64,000 nucleotides of DNA, taken from contig BCGN01000001.1 in the NCBI GenBank assembly GCA_001599295.1, forward strand, positions 496,001 to 560,000, given 5' to 3'. Numbering within the stretch: position 1 is the stretch's first letter; each line of letters starts with the position of its first letter. Below, piece by piece: positions 35,338 to 47,994 of the stretch. The translations under genes and the position numbers were made by a program. A model generated the notes under the pieces. The model was not told the origin of the DNA and made no database searches. It was given only the letters and a program-made list of their open reading frames with translations. Source of the DNA: Sporopachydermia quercuum (taxonomy: Eukaryota).

Positions 35338-36099
35338 TACATGATGAAAGCATTTTGATAAGAATTGATTTAACATACGTATAGGAACATATATAGAAAC
35401 ATGTCTAACGTTCTAAGACTTATGAATAGACAAAGGGAAGTTTGATTTCTGGTTCAAAATGATTGATTGAATTCGGGCAATAAACATACGTTTATCATCC
35501 AAATACTTAGCAATCAAAATTTTTTAGATCATACATTATGAAAATACCTATCTATAGATCTACATATAGTAGGAGAGCGGGCAATGAAAACCATTCATTG
35601 TCTTCGAAGAAAGCCTATTGACTNTACATGGGGAGACATTTGACGATAACTATATATTTTTGAAAGTGAAGTTATAGAAATTAACTCTTCCTAAATTTTA
35701 TTTTCGAATATAATTGCAATTAATCCTAGTATTAATCTGAATCATTTATTTGTTCGCTCTTTAATTCTCCTTCAGTTGTCTTTTATCAATCAAAGAAGTA
35801 GTATTTCCGAAATTTCCTCTATCGCACATAGTATCCGAAATAGTCTTTAATCATTTCCTTTTTGATCTTCTTATAATCATGCCCTAGACTTTAGGTTTCT
35901 TCTATTTCTATCTCTTTCCATCTCTTTCTTTCCTTTCTTTGTTTGTCTAGTGATATCTATCAAACATTGCTTCATGGAATAATACCATACTAGAAGTTTT
36001 CATAGTTTTTCAAACATATAAGTATGTTCGTATATCTGACAGCTGTTCAGCAGTAAGAACTCTATCATATAACAAAAGCACTATCATTCTATATCTATA

Positions 36100-36879
36100 A
36101 TGGCCCCACTCATCCCTCTACCAGTGTCTCTGAAACCGTTCCTAGAGCCTTATCTACCAGTTACCGATTCTCCTGCATCAGAAACTCAAATTCCTTTCAT
36201 TACATTAACTTACGCTTGCTCTCTGGACTCTCGAATTTCTTCAAAGCCGGGCGTTCAGACAGTGATATCTCATTTGGAAACCAAGGCAATGACGCATTAC
36301 GTTCGTAAACATCATGATGCAATTCTAGTAGGAGCTGGAACATTCTCTGCGGATGATCCAGGGCTCAGTTGCAGATTCCCTTACACACAGAAGCAAATAA
36401 GACCTGTCATTGTTGATCCAAAATTTAGATCTGGATTAAATAAAGATTCAAGAGTGATGAAAAATGCGCAAACCGCTGAGGGTTTAGCGCCTTACTTGAT
36501 TGTCAGTGAAGAGGTGAGTACTTCCAGTGACAATTCGTTGCTAGCATCATTAAAATCGGATTTGGAAAAATTAGGTGGGAAAATCATAACGATACCTGTT
36601 GATAACAATAATAGATTTGACTGGAAGGTTTTATTTTTTGAATTATCTGCATTGGGTATAAAATCGGTAATGGTTGAAGGTGGAGCTAACGTGATTAATG
36701 ATTTATTGAGGAAAGCACAGAATGGTGATATTACGATCAACACATTGGTGGTAACTATAGGGCCAATATATCTGGGAGCAGAGGGCGTGGAAGTTGCCCC
36801 AGTAGGTACTGTCAAACTAACGGATGTTTCCTGGTGGACAGGAACGCAGGATGCTGTACTAGCAGCACGTATTGGATAG
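36100..36879 (+). CDS. RIB7: Riboflavin-pathway pyrimidine reductase (RibD C-terminal domain)
   Basis: Motifs PFITLTYACSLDSRI, HDAILVG and SVMVEGGANVI. Confidence 0.93.
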   Translation: MAPLIPLPVSLKPFLEPYLPVTDSPASETQIPFITLTYACSLDSRISSKPGVQTVISHLETKAMTHYVRKHHDAILVGAGTFSADDPGLSCRFPYTQKQIRPVIVDPKFRSGLNKDSRVMKNAQTAEGLAPYLIVSEEVSTSSDNSLLASLKSDLEKLGGKIITIPVDNNNRFDWKVLFFELSALGIKSVMVEGGANVINDLLRKAQNGDITINTLVVTIGPIYLGAEGVEVAPVGTVKLTDVSWWTGTQDAVLAARIG

Positions 36880-37072
36880 GCAAATGTAAATAAGCGATTA
36901 GCCGTAGCAACATTGATTGATGATAATTGGAAAATAGTTAATTTGAGGATTATTATACAGTTTCAATTTTTTTCTCTATGTAAAGGAAGAAAGCACAAGT
37001 CATTGTATGACATACTGTTACATGCATATTATATGACTTTCCTTATTTCGTTTTATCTCGTCGTTAGCAAGT

Positions 37073-37790
37073 TTATATGCATATTCGGTAACTTGCGTAT
37101 CTACCACTGGTTTCACTTCTTCTGATGATTTTAACGATTTGACCTCTTTTCAATCCCAGATAGCGAGCCACAGGATCTTCACGCTGAATTCTAGGAAGTT
37201 GACTTTCTTTCAATCTATATCTTTGTAATAACTCTTTCTTTTCAGCTGATGACAATCGGATATGTCTAGGGACTAATTCATGGTGTGTGATGTTTACCAC
37301 TAAATCAGCTTCTTGGAAAATTTCAATAGTGGCTGGAGCGACAGTAGGAATTAATTTAGTAGCCGATGGAGTCAAACTTTGTTCGTAGATAAATATACCG
37401 GTCTGAAAATTCTTCTCAGCAATATGTAAACAGAATGTTCTCATGGTTTTAACACCAACAGCTGCTTCAGGGCAGAACTCCACCCATAAAGGTCCCAATT
37501 CAGGGAACTTTTCTGCAGCCTCAGGTGTAGGATTAGCTTGAAATGATAGAATTTTCCGTTCTGGCTCTCCCATAACATTGCAATATGTTGCTCTGAACTG
37601 GTCTAATGTTAAGCTTATTTCTTCTTCCGATATATTATAACCCTACAATATTCGTATTAGTATAATATTCTTATCATCATATCTTCACTCCTGTTAGGTT
37701 AACAATAACACTTACTCTGTCTCTAACCATCTCCTTGATAGTCTTATAGACTCTAAAAAGTTTTGAAGCTTTTCTCTCTGTTTCTGACAT
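37073..37790 (-). CDS. RPB5: RNA polymerase I/II/III common subunit; exons 37790-37716 and 37642-37073
   Basis: Intron 37643-37715 (GTAAGT...TACTAAT...TAG) restores [33 protein letters not shown]. Motifs NITHHELVP and [13 protein letters not shown]. Confidence 0.96.
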
Positions 37791-39193
37791 GTTGACTTAG
37801 AATTTTTATAATTATGAGATGAGTGATATTGATGACTGAAATTCCCTTTTAGTACAGTTTGAATATCTTGACTCCTTTTATGGTTATAATAATCAGTATG
37901 TGTTGATTTGATTTGATGAACTTTGAGATTAGTGACAAATATCTCCAATATTCTCTCTTTCTTTTTTTCTTTCTTTCTTTCTTTCTCGAGTGTGTTTCCT
38001 CTCTTTGTTGTGATCTTAATACTTTTCTTCTTCTAGTAGCAACAACTGAACCTATTTCTCTTTATTTCACAACTGTTCGCTGCATAAAATATTACTATCC
38101 TTATTAATGCCATGCAATCTTGAATCAATTTCAATGTAAATTCAACCTTTATTCACCCTTTTTCTATCAACTGTGATACTAAAATGCTCCCCTGGAAAAG
38201 TGAAGATAGGTTATGACAAAAAGGCCATTATCTAGTATTATCTACTACTCTACTTTGGTTAATTGATAGAAACATTAGATAGATTAATTCTTTTCTCTCA
38301 CTAAAAAAGGTGGATAGTAAATAAACCATGATGAGGAGGGTGGAAATAATTTTTTGACTTTGGAACTACTTAGTGCTTAAAATTACTTAGCGGTATCATT
38401 ATTACTCTTAAGTTGGAAAAAGATTATTAGTATGCAAGGTATTGATAAGAGAGTATAAGAAGAAAAAGATACAAAAATTGCTGAAAACAGTTTGTTCATA
38501 GGTATATAAGGTGTTAATAAGTTATATTGACCCTAAAATGTTTTCTACTAAAGGTTTGGAGCTTTGAATTAGAACTGATTGGAGACTGCCGTGGGAGAAC
38601 TGTAATATCTCATTGATTGATCTAGAATTTTATATAGTAATAAGATAATCACATATGGTGTCGTATTCATTTTTAAGCTTGTTTGTTTGAAATAATTAGC
38701 ACGGGACTTTAATTATCATAATCTTGATAATATGCTGTTCTTACGCCTTTGCTTTAGACTTGTCTGATAAAAGTTTCTCTTACCTCCATGTGCATGTGAA
38801 AATCTGGAAACATTGATCCTAATAGTGATATCAGTGTTATCAACTACTATGCAGCATATAAGTGGAACCGAGATATCTATTCCTTGATTGCACTCCGAAT
38901 TCATACATCAAATTAAATGTGCTATGAAAATTGAGTACCTTTTACTTATTTTACCTATTTTACCTATCTTTTACGTTGCAATAAAACCATTCTTCAAATG
39001 CAACCCACTACTTAAGAAGATACTATTCACACAATTGATGCTGACGTGAACAGAAATACGCATCTGCATTGTCATCTTCACAAGTGAATGATGAAAAGTA
39101 TATGATAAATAGGCCATTCTGGTTGAGCCATTCTTCGCCGGTGTATCATTGAGAAGGCAACAATCTCTGGACCATCTGAAAAACAGTTGAAAA

Positions 39194-40374
39194 ATGGTTC
39201 CCAAGAAAACAACCAGATATTTTCCTGGGAAAGCTGACAAGGCACAACAGACGTCAAACTTCGACTCATCTTCAGATTCAAATGGATCTGAAATCGAAAA
39301 TGAAGTTCAAGTAACAGAAGTGAAGAGCCAACCCAAAGATAGAAGGGTTCAAGGAATTCCAGGCAATAAGAATTTGCCAACAGAGGGAAATGGGAATAGG
39401 CTACAAATAAACAAGACAGAACAAAAAGAAGAGAGCAGTGAATCTGAAGGAAACGAATGCGAGGAGTCTTCTGATGAACAAACAAATAGCGGTGACAACA
39501 AAAGGGACTCAGACAGCAAAGAAGACTCATCAGAATCGGATACAGACGAAGAATCAGAATCAGGATCGGAATCATCAGACTCTAATGTACTAATACGACC
39601 AGTGTTCATTTCAAAGTAAGTAATTATTTGCTAATCAATAAGATAAATTTATCCGTTCTGTGAGCAAAATGTCTAACCATATACATCTACAGGAAATCAA
39701 GAGCCACGAAAAAAAAAGGACAACAGAACGAGCAAGAAAAGGCGAGGTTAAAAGAACAAAGTATCAAAGAAATAGAACAGCACATAAAGCGGCAACAAAA
39801 TGAGATGAGCAGAGACGAATCAACAGAAGATTTGCAAGGTGTGGATGATACGGATGACTTAGATCCTGAACAAGAGAAAGCTGCATGGAAACTACGAGAA
39901 CTAAAGAGAGTTAAAAGAGAAAGAGAGCAACTTGAAGCAAAAGAAAATGAACTGGAAGAACTAGAAGCTCGTCGTTCGATGACCGAAGAAGAAAAAGAAG
40001 CTGAAGCGCGGAAGAAAATCGAAAAAGAGAAAAAAGAAAGAATGGAAAGAAACACGCCATACATACAAAAATACTATCACAAAGGTGCATATTATAGCGA
40101 GAAAGACTCTGAGCTATTCAATCGAGACTTAAATGACCCCAAACAGGACGAATTCCAAAACAGAACGATACCACCCAAAGCTTTACAGGTTAGGGATTCA
40201 ACTCAAGGGTTGAAAGGTAAAACGAAGTACAGAAGTTTAGCAGAAGAAGACACAAGTCGAGGCTCTTATCGATTTGCATTCACCCGATTCAATTCCTCAA
40301 ATACATATGGTTCCAAACGGAATGCTCATGATAGAGGTGAGCATAATGATGATCACAAGAGAAGAAGGTCATAG
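39194..40374 (+). CDS. SPP381: MFAP1/Spp381-family B-complex splicing factor; exons 39194-39615 and 39693-40374
   Basis: Intron 39616-39692 (GTAAGT...GTCTAAC...CAG) fuses two ORFs in frame. MFAP1 motifs RYFPGK, RPVFI, VDDTDD, AWKLRELKRVKRERE and QKYYHKGAYY. Confidence 0.85.
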
Positions 40375-40932
40375 AGACACATCCAAAAAACCAACACCCT
40401 TAACTCATCCCTGTATATTATAGCGAAAAAATACATCAAAAGGCGTACCAGAGATTTGTTATATACAACATTTTTTAGTTTATCAGTCAATCGAAGTTCG
40501 TTATCTTATTCCATTTACTAGCATAATCTCGTTTGTATCAACTTTTTGTTTCATACTAACTTACCAATTCATCCATTTCAAGTCTCATCTCAACATGCTG
40601 AACGCTACCCCAAGAAACTCCGATAAGAATGTGTCCAAACAGAGGTTCTATCTTGAAGGCTGGTACCCTATTCAGCCACCAACGAGATAAGAAAGTGATA
40701 TGGTTCTTTCGTGTATGAGGTGTTTCATTGATACCATCCTTAGTAATGCATGATTGTGACAATGTTTTGCTTAATTCAATTAAAGAGTAAAAGTAATACT
40801 TGAGTCCAAACATGAAATCTGATGGGAGAGAACAAATGCACTACTGAAATTTAATATAATATATAGATCATAAACTCATCTAAGCTTCTGCACTGGACGA
40901 TTTCAATATAGGAGAAAGATCAGACATAAACA

Positions 40933-42582
40933 ATGAAGATCAGCTTCACAGCTTGGCTCTCAATTGCCATTCATCTTTACGCAACGAAGTCAACAGCAAT
41001 TGATATTCCAAAGTTTGATTTGTTTAAAAATGAGGAGCAGAGTGTCTTGGGTCGATTGAAATCAATGTTGTCTCATGCTCCATTGAACACAGAACCTGAA
41101 CTCACATTACTAGAACAAGCAAAGGAAGTATTTGGCAATGAAGAAATTTTATCCAACGGGGAGATTCTCAATATGTGGAAAGAAACTGAAGAGTTGCTAG
41201 ATGATGATTATAAAAAACGAATCAAGTTCACCAAAGAACCTAAGAAGATTGACGAAGAAGTTAAATCTAAGATTGTATGGGACAAAGTTGTTACTGATGA
41301 GAAGTTCCCCGACCATCAATTGAGAATCAAATCACCTAATCCCATTGCCACAGGTGTTGACAATGTCAAGCAATATTCAGGATATATTGATGTCGACGAA
41401 GAAAACAAAAAACATTTGTTTTTCTGGTTTTTTGAATCACGAAACGATCCAGTAAATGATCCAGTTGTTTTATGGCTCAATGGCGGACCAGGCTGCTCAT
41501 CGTTGACTGGATTATTGTTTGAGCTGGGATCATCATCCATTAATAGTGCAGCACAACCAGTAAATAATCCTTATTCATGGAACTCCAATGCAAGCGTTAT
41601 TTATCTTGACCAACCTATCAATGTTGGGTATTCCTATTCTGAAGAGTCAGTCACTTCAACTTCTGCTGCAAGTAAAGATGTTTACGCTTTCCTCTCTTTA
41701 TTTTTCTTGACTTTCCCTGAATACAGAACCCTGCCATTCCATATTGCTGGAGAATCATATGCTGGTCATTATATTCCTAAATTTGCATCTGAGATAATCA
41801 ATCATGAAGATAGGGAATTTAACTTGACCTCTGTGTTAATAGGAAATGGTATTACTGACGCTAGAATCCAGTATGGCTACTATGAGCCCATGGCATGTGG
41901 AAAAGGAGGGGTGCCTTCTGTTTTATCACCTGATGACTGTGAATCAATGAAATCTGCTTATGCCAGATGCAAACGTTTAATCGAAGCCTGCTACAAATAT
42001 CAAAATGCGTTTGCTTGTGTTCCTGGTAATTTATATTGTGAAAATGCCCTCATGTCGGCATTTGATAAAACTGGTCTCAACTACTACGATATGCGGATTA
42101 AGTGTGATTCCGAAACTGACAATTGCTATAAAGGATTGGATTACGTTGATCAGTTTTTGAATAAAGAAGAGGTTAAGATAGCATTAGGGGCCGAAGTTCA
42201 AACCTACGCTGGTTGTTCTGATGATGTGTTTGCTGCATTTGGTAACACTGGTGATGAAATGAAACCTTTCCAGCAATACGTTACTGAATTGTTAGACAAT
42301 GAAATTCCCGTATTATTATATGAAGGTGACAAGGATTTTATTTGCAATTGGTTAGGAAATCAAGCGTGGAGCAATGCGCTAGAATGGCATGATCAAGAAG
42401 GATTCAACGAGGCACCATTCTCACCTGTTATCTTGGACGATAAACAAATAGGTACAGCTAAAAGTTCATCTAATTTTACATTCTTAAGAGTGTATGATGC
42501 AGGTCACATGGTGCCTCACGACCAGCCAGAAGCCTCACTATACTTTTTGAATGAATGGTTATCTGGAAACTATGAATTCTAA
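40933..42582 (+). CDS. ATG42: Vacuolar serine carboxypeptidase (S10, CPY family), closer to Atg42/YBR139W than to Prc1
   Basis: Signal peptide and pro-region; [21 protein letters not shown]. The variants GLLFELG, GNGITD, CGKGG and KPFQQY resemble Atg42 as I recall it. Confidence 0.75.
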   Translation: MKISFTAWLSIAIHLYATKSTAIDIPKFDLFKNEEQSVLGRLKSMLSHAPLNTEPELTLLEQAKEVFGNEEILSNGEILNMWKETEELLDDDYKKRIKFTKEPKKIDEEVKSKIVWDKVVTDEKFPDHQLRIKSPNPIATGVDNVKQYSGYIDVDEENKKHLFFWFFESRNDPVNDPVVLWLNGGPGCSSLTGLLFELGSSSINSAAQPVNNPYSWNSNASVIYLDQPINVGYSYSEESVTSTSAASKDVYAFLSLFFLTFPEYRTLPFHIAGESYAGHYIPKFASEIINHEDREFNLTSVLIGNGITDARIQYGYYEPMACGKGGVPSVLSPDDCESMKSAYARCKRLIEACYKYQNAFACVPGNLYCENALMSAFDKTGLNYYDMRIKCDSETDNCYKGLDYVDQFLNKEEVKIALGAEVQTYAGCSDDVFAAFGNTGDEMKPFQQYVTELLDNEIPVLLYEGDKDFICNWLGNQAWSNALEWHDQEGFNEAPFSPVILDDKQIGTAKSSSNFTFLRVYDAGHMVPHDQPEASLYFLNEWLSGNYEF

Positions 42583-42924
42583 TAGTTGATAAACCTGGAC
42601 CATAAATGTATCCAAATAAGGGAATACTTTGACAGTTATTACATATAATAGTTACATATAATAAAATGTTGACAGTTACTCAACTCAGTAGTACAGTTTA
42701 GCTTTCTAGATACCGTCAATCACAAACTTACAAATGCATATACGACAGACCAATAATCGAACATTATATAAGCAAATACTAACTTCACTATGTAGGGAAT
42801 TGTAATATTAGTTCAGCCTCTTTCGATAAATGTGTCGAATAATACTGGTATGCCGGCAACATTAATTCTAAAGACAAAAGGAATGTTCAACAATTAGATT
42901 CAATATCGATTGGAAACATGTACT

Positions 42925-43509
42925 CTAGTATTGTACACTAATTAAGTAATCAGCTAATTGTTCTACAACTTTGGTTGCTTCACCAGGCTGGATACCAGCT
43001 GGATAATGAGCAATCAGAATAGTTTGCTTAGTACGGACAGCAACGATTCCTTCAGCATCGTGCTTACCATAAATACTTCTATCGTCTGCTCTAAGAAGAA
43101 AATACTTTTGTCCTTGAACGTGTAAACCAGCAGCTTGTAAATTGCTTGGATTGTCAAACCCAGATGCTAATTCAGCAATTTCTGAACCACCCAACTGTGT
43201 TTAAACCGGTTAGTACGAATACGAGTCACAACATTAAACTGCGAAGAGCAGGAGCCCAAGCTAATTAGCCTGAGCTCAATTCAACTTACAGTAAAACCAG
43301 CTGATGAGGCCCAGACCGCATCTCCAGCCTTAGAGTAGATTGCAGCCTTGTCGATCTTTTGAGAACCGATCAAGTTATCAACGTATGCTGTAACAATATG
43401 TTAGTATTTGCTGCTAATCATGCGAACTCAATCACTGATACAATAGAGAAGATGCATGATAGNAATTACCATCATATCACAAAAAAAAACCCCTACCTTG
43501 CCATGACAT
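42925..43509 (-). CDS. PFY1: Profilin, 126 aa; exons 43509-43497, 43387-43290, 43194-42925
   Basis: Introns 43388-43496 (GTAGGG...TACTAAC...CAG) and 43195-43289 (GTAAGT...TACTAAC...CAG) give [23 protein letters not shown]...[13 protein letters not shown]. Confidence 0.95.
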
Positions 43510-44411
43510 GATGATCTAATATATGAGTTACAATTAATTGCTTATCTAAACATATATTAGTATTCCTCGCATAATTGAGCATGAAAAGTTATCGGATAGT
43601 GATATACATAATGGACTTGCAATCCATACACTGTAGTAAACCTTTAATCCTGAACGACCATCAAATAGCAATTAAGAGTTCTCAACAGAAACCGGCCAGC
43701 AATGTCGATTGTTTTCTATAGTTGATAGCTGCTTAACATCAAGAATTTTTTCAATTTGAAAGTCAAATAAATGTTGGAATCGAGTTAAATAGGATAGCGC
43801 TAGTATTGTGCGCTATAATCTGTGCTTACAACTACTATTGAACCAGCGGATACTTACTTCACTTTATTAACTGAATAAATCTCGTTATACAGTTTCAAAT
43901 TGAAATACAGGTTGATTGAAATTGAAATTGAAATTAAACTACCTTATTCCTAGAGATAAAGTAGAAGGTAACTTCAATAATAAGTTTAATCCTATGAGAT
44001 TATATGATGAATTAAGACAACACAATACTTTGTGTGACGGTAAGGACTGAAAGAAAACCGGAGAAGATAGTGGCCAAAATAATTAAGCTAATGAGGCGAA
44101 AATGGAGTTTAGAGTGGATAAATTCACATGACATTAGAGATTAAATGGTGGTGGAGGGGGGTACCAAATAAAAGAGGTGGTGTTGTTTATGATTAACCCG
44201 TACTCGTGAGTATAAGGCAACTATAATTTCAGAAAGTTATTTTCAAACACAGGTGAATCAATATCTTGAAGCTTGTCCACTGAAAAATACTGGGATATAG
44301 CATCAGAATTACTTCAATGTTTCACTATTCATATTATCCTGTTTCCCCAGCGATGAGATAGAAAACGGAAATAATCAAATCGATGGTAAATTGTTCTAAC
44401 TTCCTAGACGC

Positions 44412-44419
44412 CCGGGTAA
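44412..44419 (+). promoter_or_regulatory. Reb1-type site CCGGGTAA in the PFY1-TFA1 divergent promoter
   Basis: Perfect 8-mer about 290 nt upstream of TFA1. Confidence 0.45.
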
Positions 44420-44703
44420 CTATTTCATAATCATTTGAATGATAATTCCGAAAATCATATATCAGATTACGTAATATATTATTAATCCTTAGTTCTTTTA
44501 GGCTTGAAACATTTGTCCCTAGAAACAATCTACAGAAAGACAGATGGGTTAACAAGCAAGAAGAGATACGATAGTCTGACATGTAGATACCACGGGAAAA
44601 CGGGGTGTAAGAACGAAGAAAGTAGTGGAATACTATAATCAAGCTATTTATAGGGGAAACTAGAAGTGACGTACTAGGTATTCTGTGAAGAAGGACCTGG
44701 AGG

Positions 44704-46053
44704 ATGGAAGATGTTACCAAACAACTGGTACAATTTGTATCACGCAGTTTCTATGACAAGTCGTATGTNATAGTAATGGACGCAATATTGGTTCATACAG
44801 TGCTTTCAGAAGATGATTTAATTTTTTTAGTTGGAATACAGAGGAAAGAACTGAGAGGAATATGTGCCAAGTTATGTGAGGATCGGCTGCTCACACAACA
44901 CTCTCAAAAGGAACCAGGTCCTATGAACAGACCACTTACCAGAACATACTTTTTCATAAATTATTGCCAATGCATAGATGCCATTAAATGGAAGATGCAT
45001 TCAATTGTCAAAGCCACCAAAGATGAACTAATGCTCGATGCAAACCCTCAGGGATATGTTTGCCCTATTTGCCATACTAGATACTCACAGATTGATGCTG
45101 TCGCCAATCCAGCACCTGATAATTCAGGATTCTTATGCGATTTGTGTGGTGTAGTGCTAATAGAAGATGACACATCAATTCAGTCGAAGATAAAACAAAA
45201 GAAACTAGCAAGGCTAATGAATATCCTACAACCACTGATTGATTTGTTGCGTAAAGTTGACGATACTTTCATACCAGACAATACATTTGAATCAGAACTG
45301 ACTAAAGCACTACCCGTTTCGACACAACCAGTTGCAACATACCAAGTAACCAATTCTAGATTCAAGAAATTTGGCAATAATTTCAACAAACAAAGTACAT
45401 CTGCAACTGCTCAGAATGCTACACTTAACGTTAATATTATATCTGCAGAGGATTCAGCAGCTCAGAAGGAAATGGAANTAGACGAGAAGGCTAGATTAGC
45501 TAAACTAAATGCTCTTCCTACTTGGCATGTGGAAAGTACTGTTGGAAAGACTTTACTCTCAAAGAGTGATACGAAGGATTCTAATGAAAACAATGAAAAT
45601 GCTGGAGATGGAGTCAACGATAGTGAAGCTAGTAAACAATCAATCATTGATCAAGAGGCTGAGAATGCATTGTCTGCTTACTACTCTCAATTGGCAGCTA
45701 AACAGAAGTTAGAGGACGAAGAAGAAGAGGAGGAAGATTCTGACGAAGATTATGAATTTGAAGACGTTGTTGATCCTAATAACAACGGCTCCTCAGCTGA
45801 GAAAACTAAGCAAGAAGAAGATACCGATATAGAGTTTTTAGATGTTGANACCGATTCCAAGCCTTNATCCAACTCAGATAGAGAAGTAACCCCAATGATT
45901 GATTTGGGTGAAGATGACACGAAGGATACTGACTGTAATCATGATGATTCAAAATCTAAAACAAACATCAGTAGTAATAATACTACTGAATTCCAAGATG
46001 ATGATGATGATGATGATGATGATTTTGATGATCTTGAGTTTGAGGATGTTTAA
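44704..46053 (+). CDS. TFA1: TFIIE large subunit
   Basis: IDAIKWK motif, zinc ribbon (CPIC...CDLC), NALPTWHVESTVG and acidic C-terminus DLEFEDV with a (GAT)n poly-Asp tract. Confidence 0.94.
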   Translation: MEDVTKQLVQFVSRSFYDKSYXIVMDAILVHTVLSEDDLIFLVGIQRKELRGICAKLCEDRLLTQHSQKEPGPMNRPLTRTYFFINYCQCIDAIKWKMHSIVKATKDELMLDANPQGYVCPICHTRYSQIDAVANPAPDNSGFLCDLCGVVLIEDDTSIQSKIKQKKLARLMNILQPLIDLLRKVDDTFIPDNTFESELTKALPVSTQPVATYQVTNSRFKKFGNNFNKQSTSATAQNATLNVNIISAEDSAAQKEMEXDEKARLAKLNALPTWHVESTVGKTLLSKSDTKDSNENNENAGDGVNDSEASKQSIIDQEAENALSAYYSQLAAKQKLEDEEEEEEDSDEDYEFEDVVDPNNNGSSAEKTKQEEDTDIEFLDVXTDSKPXSNSDREVTPMIDLGEDDTKDTDCNHDDSKSKTNISSNNTTEFQDDDDDDDDDFDDLEFEDV

Positions 46054-46798
46054 TCATATGGATATGATACACATAATGAATACACATTACATTCCCCGCT
46101 GTATAATTGTGGATGATACATAACAGAACACTACAAAACTGTACTATAATCTGAAGACTGTGTCGTTTGAATTTTTTTTTTGGAATCTTTTTTCTTCTAT
46201 GGATATATGTTACCCTCTATACAATAATTCACCATTTATTGTCATTTATCCTTACCATTCTTGTAACATTATCTATTTGAAAACTTCAGTTTGTCCTACT
46301 CGAATTCTTTGTGTCATTCATTCATTTACTCCGTAATTCTTATCAAATCTCCGAAATTCCAAATTGCGGAAATAATAAACTTAAAGTCTCCTCATAACAG
46401 ATACTTTTTCAACCCCATAAAATAGTGAAAGACTGAATAATTGTCAAAGGACTGAAAATTTCACTGATTTGTCAACGTCTTTATGTTATTTTATCTCCAA
46501 GAATGTCTTGCTCAAGCGACATCAACCNTTTGTGTAAAGAAGTGAACCCGAATGTTTGGTGGAATTTGAATTTTCAATATGAGTTCAGGAGACAAAGGAA
46601 ATAAAAAGGCATGTATTATAGGTGGTAAAATCAATGGCATATCTGAGTGATCGATTCACAACTGTTTATAGCAAGCTCCAGAAAAACTTATACTCTGATG
46701 CTTTCATATTTATAGAATAAAAAAGTGGACTTTCTTCAAGTAAGATTTGGATAAATAACTATTTAGAAGTGTATATTAACATGTTTTAGCCGGATCCT

Positions 46799-47774
46799 AT
46801 GAAATCCTTCATTGCTGGTGGTGTTGCAGGAGGTATTGAAGGTGTGATCACTGTGAGTATTACTTGTTTCGCTGAGATTAAATAGACTGAAAGAAACAGC
46901 TNCTTTTTTAATTTACAGTATTTTCTTCCGAAGTGGAATGATATAATTTAAGTTTTCTTTCGTTACTAACAAAAGTGATCATAAGTATCCCTTTGAATTT
47001 GCCAAAACACGACTCCAGCTTGTTGATAAAACATCCAAGGCCTCAAGAAATCCGCTGGTCCTCATATACAACACAGCAAAGACTCAAGGTATTTCTTCCT
47101 TGTATGTTGGATGTCCAGCATTCGTTGTAGGAAATACGGTGAAAGCATCAGTTCGTTTTTTGGGGTTTGATTCAATAAAAAGATTACTAGCTGATGATCA
47201 AGGCAAACTTTCAGGACCTAGAGGTGTACTTGCAGGATTGGGTGCAGGTTTATTGGAATCATTCATTGCCGTGACACCTTTCGAGGCGATAAAGACCGCT
47301 TTAATCGATGATAAACAAGCAGCTCAACCAAAATACCAGAATGGAATAATTAAAGGCAGTATTAAACTATGCAAAGATATGGGAGTAAAAGGTATTTATG
47401 CTGGAATTGTTCCTGTTTCTTTACGACAAGCTGCAAATCAAAGTGTTAGATTAGGTAGTTATAACTCTTTGAAAACTCTTGTTCAAGGAGGAAGCACTGC
47501 TCCTTTGAGTTCTCTCCAAACTTTTGCAATTGGTGCATTTGCTGGTATTATTACTGTATACACTACAATGCCAATTGACACAGTAAAGACACGCATGCAG
47601 AGTTTGGATGGTAAGAAGCTTTATGGAAGCACACTCAATTGTTTCGTTAGAGTATGGAAGGATGAAGGCGTAATGACCTACTGGAAAGGCGCTACACCAA
47701 GACTTGGTCGTTTGGTGTTGAGCGGAGGTATCGTATTCACAATCTATGAGAAGATGTTAATACTCTTAGGCTGA
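46799..47774 (+). CDS. CTP1: Mitochondrial citrate carrier; intron 46853-46985; true 5' end may include a further upstream exon
   Basis: Exon (P)DPMKSFIAGGVAGGIEGVIT splices (GTGAGT...TACTAAC...AAG) to YPFEFAKTRLQL. Three carrier signatures: PFEFAK, PFEAIK, PIDTVK. A probable additional intron lies at 46740-46789 (GTAAGA...TATTAAC...TAG). Confidence 0.9.
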
Positions 47775-47994
47775 TTAAAAACAGAAAACTGTTTATTGAT
47801 CATAAGCAATAATCAGCATCTNTACTACTATAAAAGTACTAATTCACCATAGATGCTAATGCATAAAAAACAATATAAAGCTATACCTCATATAATCAGT
47901 AATTAATATATACAATCATCTATTTATCCTAACCCTTCAAATTCATGTCTAAAGCGTAACTAAAGAAAGAAAAAATCAAACCACGCAACCCTAT

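Noticed and set aside
44334..44720. 128-aa minus-strand ORF in the TFA1 promoter
   Set aside because: Non-ATG start, overlaps the TFA1 start and a Reb1-type site, and has no recognisable domain.
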